DNA of 13,400 nt, taken from positions 1 through 13,400 of the forward strand of contig JBDREN010000221.1 in NCBI GenBank assembly GCA_043819795.1, given 5' to 3'. Position 1 is the stretch's first letter. Every line of letters starts with the position of its first letter. Position numbers and translations under genes: made by a program. This stretch comes from Elusimicrobiota bacterium. Lineage in GTDB: Bacteria > Elusimicrobiota > Elusimicrobia > UBA1565. A model generated the notes under the pieces. It did not search any database. It saw only the letters and a list, made by a program, of their open reading frames with translations, and had not been told where the DNA came from. Shown one piece after another: positions 6,616 to 13,400 of the stretch.

Positions 6616-9600
6616 GAAAGCGAGCCGTGGGGCGCGATCTGCTGGAGCTGGAACTGGGACAGGTGGTTGACCTGAGTGAGCACCAGGTTCGACGCCGTGT
6701 CGACCGTGCTGTCGAGAGGGACGCAACTGTTGGAGACGGGGTCGTAGCGGACGATGGCGAGCGTGCTCAGGGAGCCGAGGTTCGTCTCACCCGGGAAGTA
6801 TTCGAGGCCGAGCTCGAACGGGATCAGCGGCTGGACCGACGGTAACGGCGTGATGGTGATCGCCGCGTTGATGTTGCCGCAGGGGAGAGCGCTCTCCGTG
6901 GAGATGAATATCCGCGTGTCCGAGTCGAACGTCTCGGGGATGACGCGCATGGTGACGCGGCGGCCCGAGGAGAGCGTCCCGTTGAGCACGGACATCCTCG
7001 CTCTCTCGACGAGCACCGACAGCGAGCCCGCCGGGCCGCCGCCGTTGTCGGTGAAGGCCTGAGTCGAGACCGAGGCGGTCTCGGTCCCGTACTGGTTCGC
7101 CGCGGAGATCCGGATGGAGTAGGTCTTCCCGGTGAAGAGGTTCGGGATCGTCGTGGCGAGGCCGGTGAACGCGTCGGCGAACGATATGTGGGTCGAGAAG
7201 GCCGTCGCGAAATTGTCGCTCGAGTAGACCACCTTGTACGTGGTCGACGAGGGGTTGTCGTTGGCGTCCCAGGCGACGCCGATGGCCGACGGCTCCGCGA
7301 CGGTGATCGTCGGGTTCGTCGGGGGCCGCGCGAGCGTGACGGTGCTGCTGAGGGAGGTGTACGCGGTCGAGATGTCGTCGCCGTTGGTCGCGGCGACGCT
7401 CACGTCGAAGCGCGTGTTCGGAGGCGTCCCGTGGTCGCCGGTGATCGCGATCGACTCGCCGACGAGGTTCGAGACCACCACGGGCTCGGTCGAGCCCTCC
7501 GCGGACACGCTGATCTCGTAGAGCGTCCCGATCGGGTTGGTGTTGGCGAACCAGACGGCCACGAAGCCGCCGGTGGAGACCTTCTGAAGCGGGGGCACTC
7601 CCGGCGTCGGGGGCGCCGCGAGCGTGAAGGTGGTCACGGCTCCCGTCAGCAGCCCGTCGCCCGCCTCGGTCACGGCTTGCACCTGCACGGCGCTCGCCGT
7701 GTTCGTGGAGAGCCCGGTCTGCAAAAACGAGTTGGAGGTGACCGTCGAGATGACGACTCCCGAAGAGGCCGAGTATACCTTGTAGGAGTTCGCGGCCTGC
7801 GAGGCCGGCCAGGACCAGAATATCTCGGTCTCGTTTTGCGCCTGGCCCTGCAGGCTGGCGATGACGCTCGAATAGGTGTGGATCGGGACCGTCGCGACCG
7901 ATACCTCCCCGTCGCCGCTGACGTTGTAGGCGGCGACACGGATCATCGACGAGGTGTCCGGCCCGAGGCCCGACTGGATGAAGGTCTGCGTCCCCCCGCC
8001 GCCGGGGACCACCGTCGAGATGAATACGCCGTCGGTGGCGGAGTAGACGTTGTAGCCGTCGAAGATCCCGGCGGCCGCGGGCCATGTCCATGAGATCGAG
8101 GAGACGCCGAGCAGCACCCCTTCCGGGATGCCGGGCACGCCGGTGGGCTTGGCCGGCCCGACCTGGACGATCTTGCTCTCGGAGAACTGGGCGTTGGCGG
8201 CCACGCGCAGATGGTACCAGCCGAACGGGAGGGCTGCGCTGGTCGCCGGGACGGAGAAGGTGATCGAGGTCCCCATTTGGGACCACGAGTTGACGCCCGA
8301 GGTGTATGCCCCGCTGGTCAGGTCGAGCAGGAACCCGCTGTCGTTGGCGGAGCTGTTCCCCGACCCGTCGATCCGCTGCAGGTAGACGCGGGGGTGGGCG
8401 TGCGAAGAGTTCGCGCTTCCCGCGCCTCCGCCCGAGGCTTCGGTGACGCCCTTGAAGCTGGTGCCGCGCACCGAGACCGCGGCCCCGGGCAGGAAGATAT
8501 TCGTATCCGTGCCGGTGATGGCCGGCCGGCGCCGGATGGCGCTCGGCGGCGACATGGCATCGGGCTCGCCCGCGAAGTACAGGCTGGTGGTGGTGTCCAG
8601 GTAATCGACGCCGGTGTAGCCGCCTATGCTGACGAGGTGGCCGTCAGGGAGCAGGACCGTCGTATGGTCGCCCCGGGCGACCGCGCCCTGCCCCTGGAAC
8701 TGCCAGGTGGCGAAGTCGACGTCGAACCCCTCGGCTATCTGGATCGCTCCGCCGAAGGCTTCGAAGCCCCCCACGAACAGCACCTTCCCGTCGGGCAGCA
8801 ATGTGGCGGTGTGGTTGAGGCGCGGGACGAGCATGTCGTTGCCCCCGATATCCTCCTTGGTCCGCGCCCAGGCGTTCAGAGCGGGATAGTATATCTCGGC
8901 TTTCCCGATTTCGCCGAAGCCGTCGTTGCCCCCCGCCACGAGGACCCGCCCGTCGCGCAGCAGGGTCGCCGTGTGGGAGTGCCGGCGGGTGTTCAGGGTC
9001 CCGGCGGTGGACCACTGAAGCGTGACCGGATCGAATATCTCCGCGCCCACCTTGCCTGTGGACGATTCCTGGCCCAGGACGCCGGTCCCGTTCACGCCTC
9101 CAACGACCAGAACCCTTCCATCCTGCATGATCGAGGCCGTATGTTGGGCGCGTTTGGTGTCCATCGAAGGGATCGACACCCAGCGGCGCGCGGTCGAGAC
9201 GTAGATCTCGGCCGAATTCAGATAGTTGCCTTCCGTGATTCCCCCCGCGACCAGGATGTTGCCGTCGGGGAGCAAAACCGCAGCGTGGTAGGAGCGCGAG
9301 GAGCTCATCGGGGAGGTCGGGACCCAGGCGCCCGTGTCCGGAAAGTAGGTTTCGGCCCGGTTCGTGGTGCCGGTGGAGGCGGCCGAGGTGAAGCCTCCGG
9401 CCGCGAGGACCGTGCCGTTGGGGAGCAGGGTCGCGCTGTGATGGCTGCGCGCGAGCTTCATGATGCCGGAGTCGGACCACGTCTCCGCGGCCGCGTCGAA
9501 GAGCTCGGATTCGGGCCTGACCTGGACCCCGTCCGACCCCCCGGCCACGAGGATCCGTCCATCGGGCAGGAGGGTGCTGGTATGGTTGCTGCGCTTTCTG

Positions 9601-11618
9601 GAGAGGCCTGCCGTCTGCCGCCCGGCAGTCCCTTCCGGCCCCAGGTAGATATAGACCAGGACGCCCGACTTGGCCGTGAAGTTGAACGCCGAGTAGTCGC
9701 TGGCGCTGTCGCAGGAGCGCCCGCCCGGCATCATCTGGTCGCCGTTGGGCAGGAGCACGGCGGAGTGGTTGAAGAGCGGGGGGCCGTGGGGACCGAACGA
9801 CCATGCGTCCTGAGAGGGGTCGTATTGCTCCATATCGGAGAATACCATCTGACGGATGCTGATCGAGGCGACGTCGAAATCGAACTCGATTTCGTCGAGA
9901 TTCACCGGGCTCACGACGTAGAATAGTGCGAGCTCCAAGTCGGTCGCCAACAGGCCGCCGACGTCGATCGGACTGTTCTGGGGCGTGGTGGTGCTGTTGG
10001 TGATCGCCCCCGTCACGTTGCTGAAGGTGACCGGCATGGAGAGCGTGGCCCCCCCGAGGCCGTCCGAGACGATCGGGCCCCCCCCGGTGATGCTGGCCTG
10101 GCCGCCGGTGAGCTCGATGTCGAAGCCCGCCGAGGCATCCGACGAAGCCTTGGATATGTTCCCCCCCTTGATGGTGGCGATGCCCGAGGTTATGGAGCCG
10201 CCGATGTTGGTCGGCGGGAACTGGACCACGATCGTGCCGCTCAGATTTCCGGACGTGATGAGCGAGGTGCTCGAGGCTCCCACGGGGTTCGGGGTGAAGC
10301 TGAGGGAGCCGGCGGTTGTGACCACGGATTCCGATACGACTTCCTGAGGCTGGAACTCGATCCGGCCCGGTACGGTTTCCAGCCGCAGCGTATCGTCGAG
10401 CTGTCCCGGCTCTGAGATCAGAACCCCGTCCAGAGAGGCGCTGATACCCGGGTTGTCGAAGAGGATCTTTGCGTCGGGCAACGTGGCGGTGGGGCTTGAG
10501 AAGAAGATGTCGCCGTCCACGATGCGACCGGTGACCGCGGCGGACAGCTCGCCGACGAGATCGATCGTGACTATGGAGTTTAGAACGTCGATGTCCCCCG
10601 TGGTGTCGCTGGTGGGCGTCGAGGCCAGGCTGCCGCTGGGGAAAACCAGAGGGCCACTGATGTAGGACGTCGTGATGTTGCCGAGCCCCCCGTAGAAGTT
10701 GACCCTGCCCTCCGGGGCGAGCACCGCGGAGTGGAACATCTTGCGGGCCTGCAGAGAATCCGCCGGCGTCATGCTGTCCGAGATCGGGTCGTAGATCTCG
10801 GCGGTGTCGAGGATTCCTTGGTTCAACTTCACGTTTCTGTCGTTGAAGCCCCCGGCGATCAGGACTTGCTGGTTCCCCATCTGCGTGGCGGAATGAAAGG
10901 CGCGCTTCTGGATAAGGGCGGGTCCGGCCGTCCAGCGGTCGGCATCGGGGTCGAACATCTCCGTGGTCACCGCGAAGTCCGTGCCGGTGTAGCCGCCGGC
11001 CACGAAGACGCGTCCGTTGTGCAGCAGAGTCGCCGTGTGCCCGGCGCGCCCGAGAATCATGGCCCCGCCCGAGCCGCAGCTGGCGCCGCCGCTCTCGAAC
11101 TGGTTGGTGGACGGGTCGAACAGGTCGCAGTCGGCCGTGGTCGCTCCCGTCAGCGCATTCGTCTCCCCGCCCGTGATCAGGACCTTTCCGTCCGGGAGGA
11201 GCGTGGCCGTATGGGCCCGGCGCGGTTGGTCCATAGTGTTGCCGGCGCCCACCCAGGTGTTCGTTTCCGGGTCGTATATCTCCGCGTCGCTGCAGACGTC
11301 GTTGTTGCAGCCAGTGTTGAAACCGCCGGTGACGAGGACCCGGCCGTCGGGCAGGAGCGTGGCGGTGTGGGATGTGCGCGCGACGCTCATCGGCCGCCCG
11401 GCCACGAAGCCGGGACGCGTGGAGATGTAGATCTCGACGGTCGTCATCGGCGTGTCGGCGCTGTTCGCGCCGCCGGCGACGAGCACGTTGCCGTCCGTGA
11501 GCAGCGTCGTCGTGTGGCCGTATCGGGCGGTGGTCTGCCCCAAGGCCGGAGCCGAGAATACGCACGCGAGGATGGGGAGGGAGAGGAAGGCGCCGAGTCG
11601 CATGTGCCGAAGGAGCAT
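6357..11618 (-). CDS. Large exported kelch-repeat / FN3 protein with T9SS type A-like (FlgD-Ig-like) C-terminal domain
   Basis: 1753 aa. Signal peptide (..FLSLPILACVFSAPALG), 14 repeats of R-x-x-H-T/S-A-T-LL-x-DG-x-VLV-x-GG...E-x-Y/F-DP...W, an Ig-like domain, four FN3-like repeats, a domain ending VNHLSQF, and terminal VFPNP...VRVYTVHGEEV...W...N..G..VASGLY...KLAVVR. Confidence 0.92.
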   Translation of the reverse strand: MLLRHMRLGAFLSLPILACVFSAPALGQTTARYGHTTTLLTDGNVLVAGGANSADTPMTTVEIYISTRPGFVAGRPMSVARTSHTATLLPDGRVLVTGGFNTGCNNDVCSDAEIYDPETNTWVGAGNTMDQPRRAHTATLLPDGKVLITGGETNALTGATTADCDLFDPSTNQFESGGASCGSGGAMILGRAGHTATLLHNGRVFVAGGYTGTDFAVTTEMFDPDADRWTAGPALIQKRAFHSATQMGNQQVLIAGGFNDRNVKLNQGILDTAEIYDPISDSMTPADSLQARKMFHSAVLAPEGRVNFYGGLGNITTSYISGPLVFPSGSLASTPTSDTTGDIDVLNSIVTIDLVGELSAAVTGRIVDGDIFFSSPTATLPDAKILFDNPGISASLDGVLISEPGQLDDTLRLETVPGRIEFQPQEVVSESVVTTAGSLSFTPNPVGASSTSLITSGNLSGTIVVQFPPTNIGGSITSGIATIKGGNISKASSDASAGFDIELTGGQASITGGGPIVSDGLGGATLSMPVTFSNVTGAITNSTTTPQNSPIDVGGLLATDLELALFYVVSPVNLDEIEFDFDVASISIRQMVFSDMEQYDPSQDAWSFGPHGPPLFNHSAVLLPNGDQMMPGGRSCDSASDYSAFNFTAKSGVLVYIYLGPEGTAGRQTAGLSRKRSNHTSTLLPDGRILVAGGSDGVQVRPESELFDAAAETWSDSGIMKLARSHHSATLLPNGTVLAAGGFTSAASTGTTNRAETYFPDTGAWVPTSPMSSSRSYHAAVLLPDGNILVAGGITEGNYLNSAEIYVSTARRWVSIPSMDTKRAQHTASIMQDGRVLVVGGVNGTGVLGQESSTGKVGAEIFDPVTLQWSTAGTLNTRRHSHTATLLRDGRVLVAGGNDGFGEIGKAEIYYPALNAWARTKEDIGGNDMLVPRLNHTATLLPDGKVLFVGGFEAFGGAIQIAEGFDVDFATWQFQGQGAVARGDHTTVLLPDGHLVSIGGYTGVDYLDTTTSLYFAGEPDAMSPPSAIRRRPAITGTDTNIFLPGAAVSVRGTSFKGVTEASGGGAGSANSSHAHPRVYLQRIDGSGNSSANDSGFLLDLTSGAYTSGVNSWSQMGTSITFSVPATSAALPFGWYHLRVAANAQFSESKIVQVGPAKPTGVPGIPEGVLLGVSSISWTWPAAAGIFDGYNVYSATDGVFISTVVPGGGGTQTFIQSGLGPDTSSMIRVAAYNVSGDGEVSVATVPIHTYSSVIASLQGQAQNETEIFWSWPASQAANSYKVYSASSGVVISTVTSNSFLQTGLSTNTASAVQVQAVTEAGDGLLTGAVTTFTLAAPPTPGVPPLQKVSTGGFVAVWFANTNPIGTLYEISVSAEGSTEPVVVSNLVGESIAITGDHGTPPNTRFDVSVAATNGDDISTAYTSLSSTVTLARPPTNPTITVAEPSAIGVAWDANDNPSSTTYKVVYSSDNFATAFSTHISFADAFTGLATTIPNLFTGKTYSIRISAANQYGTETASVSTQAFTDNGGGPAGSLSVLVERARMSVLNGTLSSGRRVTMRVIPETFDSDTRIFISTESALPCGNINAAITITPLPSVQPLIPFELGLEYFPGETNLGSLSTLAIVRYDPVSNSCVPLDSTVDTASNLVLTQVNHLSQFQLQQIAPHGSLSAARVFPNPLYTRTQGYFTFDRMPSGARVRVYTVHGEEVFDRNANASGLLTWNATNQVGRPVASGLYIAVVQSGDTTNTVKLAVVR
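7050..8160 (-). other. Four fibronectin type III-like domains (approximate bounds)
   Basis: Repeated I-x-W-x-W...Y-x-VY...GL-x-P/T-D/N-T...V-x-A-x-N/T and TLA-x-PP...W-x-x-N-x-NP-x-x-T-x-Y patterns. Confidence 0.75.
8575..11530 (-). other. 14 kelch repeats, probably two 7-bladed beta-propellers (approximate bounds)
   Basis: Counted from the translation; blade 6 is interrupted by a non-kelch segment at about 9845-10685. Confidence 0.8.
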
Positions 11619-11674
11619 ATCTCCACCCGCCGTCGCAATCCAAGGTCCGCCGGACCATTGGCGGTGGCATCCGA

Positions 11675-11703
11675 AGTTTAACAGCCGGGTGTTACAAAAT
11701 CAA
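11675..11703 (-). promoter_or_regulatory. Sigma70-type promoter with extended -10 for the kelch-porV-coiled-coil unit
   Basis: TTGATT (11703-11698), 17-nt spacer ending TGT, TAAACT (11680-11675), in an AT-rich island 56 nt upstream of the ATG. Confidence 0.65.
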
Positions 11704-11718
11704 TACAGTGAAAGGCTT

Positions 11719-11759
11719 GGATTTTCGAGGTAATCCCTTCGGGATTCCCTCGAAAATCC
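11719..11759. repeat. 41-bp inverted repeat (18-bp stem, one mismatch, 3-nt loop); terminator, operator or REP-like
   Basis: GGATTTTCGAGG-T-AATCCC-TTC-GGGATT-C-CCTCGAAAATCC. Confidence 0.85.
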
Positions 11760-11820
11760 CCATAGCTCAACGGATCGGACTTCTTGGCGGGGGGCGGGGC
11801 GGGAGCGAGGGACCGGGCGC

Positions 11821-12501
11821 CTATTCGAAGACGTCGACGGTCTGCGCGGCCGTGATCTTCTTCTGGCCCTTCGCGTCGACGACCTCGAACTGGTAGCGGT
11901 ACTGGACGCCGATATTGAGGTAGACCGTCGTCTGCCAGGCGCCCTTGCTGTCCTTGAACATGGGCTTGCGCCCGTTCGCGCGCACGAGGAACATCCCGAG
12001 AAGCGACACCTCTTTGGCGCTCGCGTCCACGTAGGTGAAGGAGACCGGGCGTGTGACCCGCTTCTTCTTCCCCTTCTTCTCGGCGATGGCCTTGCCGGAG
12101 TCGGCCGGCTTGGGCTTCGCGGGCGCCTTCTTGGCCGCCGGCGCCTTCGGCTCCTTGGGCGCCTTCTTCTCGGGCGCGGGCTTCTTGGTGGCCGGCTCGG
12201 CCGGGGGCTTGGCCTCCGGCTCCGGCGCGGGCGCCGGGGCCTTCTTGGGCGGGGCCGGGGCGCGCGCCTGCAGCGGGGGCGCGGAGGGGGCCGTCAGATG
12301 GTGATAGGCCCGTGCGGCGAGGACGCCCACGCACAGCAGGATGAGCAGGGCGTCGAGCGCCAGGAGCAGTCCCCAGGCGCGCTTGGGCAGCTTGGAGCCG
12401 GAGCCGCCGCCGGCGGGGCCGGAGGCCTCCGCCGGCTCGCTCTCTTCCTCCCCGCCGCCCTTGAGGTCCTTCTTGATGCCGAAAAGATCGAAAAGGGGCA
12501 T
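11821..12501 (-). CDS. Single-pass membrane protein with Pro/Ala/Lys-rich linker and C-terminal CBM48/AMPK-beta-like (early-set) domain
   Basis: 226 aa. TM segment AWGLLLALDALLILLCVGVLAA, PAK-rich linker, then PVSFTY...AKEVSLLG-x-F...PM-x-K...G-x-W...L-x-x-G-x-x-Y-x-YQF-x-V. Confidence 0.8.
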   Translation of the reverse strand: MPLFDLFGIKKDLKGGGEEESEPAEASGPAGGGSGSKLPKRAWGLLLALDALLILLCVGVLAARAYHHLTAPSAPPLQARAPAPPKKAPAPAPEPEAKPPAEPATKKPAPEKKAPKEPKAPAAKKAPAKPKPADSGKAIAEKKGKKKRVTRPVSFTYVDASAKEVSLLGMFLVRANGRKPMFKDSKGAWQTTVYLNIGVQYRYQFEVVDAKGQKKITAAQTVDVFE

Positions 12502-12507
12502 GAACGA

Positions 12508-12536
12508 ATTCTAGTCATTCCCCGGAGGGGTGTCAA
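12508..12536 (-). promoter_or_regulatory. Near-consensus sigma70 promoter, predicted leaderless transcript
   Basis: TTGACA (12536-12531), 17 nt, TAGAAT (12513-12508), 6 nt, ATG (12501). No SD upstream of the ATG. Confidence 0.78.
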
Positions 12537-13398
12537 TACTTGATGTTTCGCTTGATGTTTCGCTGTCGGGAATCCCCGCGGCGGGTCCGGGCTCGGCGGC
12601 GGCGCCGGCCGCGGGCGGCGGCAGATGCTGGAACCTCCAAAGCGGCCTCTCGATGAGGCGGTCGAGGCCGTCGCGGCCCAGCCAGACCCGGCGTCCGCGC
12701 ATCGTGAACGACGAGAGCGGGGCCTTGCCGTCGTCGAGTCCCGAGAGGCGATAGGCCTCCACGAGACTGAGCGACAGGTCCCAGCGGTGCCGGTAGACGA
12801 GCCTGTTCTCCATGTCGGCCGACCAGAACTTCTGCTCGTCGGCGAAGAGGCCCACCGGCCCGTGACCGACCGGGAACGAGCGCAGCACCGTGAGGTCGTC
12901 GTCGACGGCGTGCTGGTAGACGCGCTGTTCGGCCATGTCCGCGGACCAAAGATGCTCGCCGTCGAAGAAGAGGGCCGAGGGCCTCTCGCCCGGGCTCGGC
13001 CAGCTTCGGTCCAGGGTCGTCCGGTCGGCGCGGAAGTTCCATCTCTGGATCTGGCCGCGCCATGAGTCGGCGACGTAGACGCTCTCGCCGTCGAGCGCCA
13101 TGCCCGTGATGTGGCTCTCCGGCATCGAGTAGCGCTTCTCGACGCTCAGCCCCCGGGGGGTGAGCCGCATGCGGAAGACGGCTTGCTGCTGCCAGTCGGC
13201 GGCCCACAGGCGGTCTTCCTGCCAGACGAGCGCCGTCGGGTGCGAGAAGGGGACGGCATAGTCGCGGCCGATCCGCGACGATCCCCAGAACATGGCGGCC
13301 GCGGCCGCGGCCGCGATCGCGGCCGCCGCGCCGGCCGCCCACAACCAGAGCCGGCTGCGTCCCGGGCCCGGCGCACAGCTTCGGCGTCGGCCCCGGAG
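12511..13398 (-). CDS. Membrane-anchored/exported beta-propeller repeat protein (NHL/YncE/glutaminyl-cyclase-like repeats), probably 5'-truncated
   Basis: Hydrophobic LWLWAAGAAAAIAAAAAAMFW, then five ~45-aa repeats (PTALVWQEDRLWAAD, ITGMALDGESVYVAD, PSALFFDGEHLWSAD, PVGLFADEQKFWSAD, LSSFTMRGRRVWLG). The frame stays open from the TTG at 13344 to the window edge (Arg-rich n-region), so the true start is probably outside the window. Confidence 0.78.
   Translation of the reverse strand, partial: LRGRRRSCAPGPGRSRLWLWAAGAAAAIAAAAAAAMFWGSSRIGRDYAVPFSHPTALVWQEDRLWAADWQQQAVFRMRLTPRGLSVEKRYSMPESHITGMALDGESVYVADSWRGQIQRWNFRADRTTLDRSWPSPGERPSALFFDGEHLWSADMAEQRVYQHAVDDDLTVLRSFPVGHGPVGLFADEQKFWSADMENRLVYRHRWDLSLSLVEAYRLSGLDDGKAPLSSFTMRGRRVWLGRDGLDRLIERPLWRFQHLPPPAAGAAAEPGPAAGIPDSETSSETSSIDTPPGND
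12539..12562. repeat. 12-bp tandem direct repeat abutting the -35 box (candidate operator)
   Basis: CTTGATGTTTCG at 12539-12550 and 12551-12562. Confidence 0.8.
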
Positions 13399-13400
13399 GC

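Noticed and set aside
6361..6726. 471-aa version of the PorV-like ORF
   Set aside because: The extra 122 codons overlap the CTD of the kelch gene and look like off-frame sequence; ATG 6360 gives an ATGA overlap and a signal peptide near the N-terminus.
6357..11618. Functional galactose oxidase call
   Set aside because: The canonical Tyr-His ligand pair in the last blade and the Cys-Tyr cofactor residues are not evident.
207..13065. Long plus-strand ORFs (e.g. 1214-2332, 4056-5360, 4627-6420, 8211-9926, 10731-11681)
   Set aside because: Antisense shadows of well-supported minus-strand genes in high-GC DNA, with no recognisable motifs.
13290..13340. GCC/GCG-rich quasi-repeat
   Set aside because: It simply encodes the poly-Ala hydrophobic anchor of the propeller protein.
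1275..13342. Alternative-frame minus-strand ORFs (1275-2285, 5300-6295, 6787-8286, 8644-11670, 11678-12334, 12533-13342)
   Set aside because: Arg/Pro/Gly-rich off-frame translations overlapping the real genes, expected from GC3 bias.

Overview
High-GC bacterial DNA with every credible gene on the minus strand; the long plus-strand ORFs are antisense shadows. In transcription order (right to left): (i) a 5'-truncated membrane-anchored beta-propeller protein; (ii) a single-pass membrane protein with a degenerate CBM48/AMPK-beta-like domain, apparently on a leaderless transcript from a near-consensus promoter buried in the upstream gene's tail; (iii) a three-gene unit made of a 1753-aa exported protein (14 kelch blades with a ~280-aa insertion, an Ig/E-set domain, four FN3 domains, an HLS-motif domain and a T9SS type A/FlgD-like C-terminal domain), an ATGA-coupled PorV/UPF0164-family beta-barrel, and a 540-aa coiled-coil protein; (iv) a dksA - pfpI - MDR oxidoreductase - ArnT/GT39-like operon joined by 4-bp NTGA overlaps. 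The exception is pfpI/MDR, where a 251-bp ATGA-bounded, repeat-rich segment is completely tiled by a relay of three overlapping mini-ORFs. The gene style resembles Elusimicrobiota (inference only). Best leads: the mini-ORF relay insert, the PorV-cargo pair with a possible self-cleavage site just before the sorting domain, and the leaderless promoter with a tandem-repeat operator.
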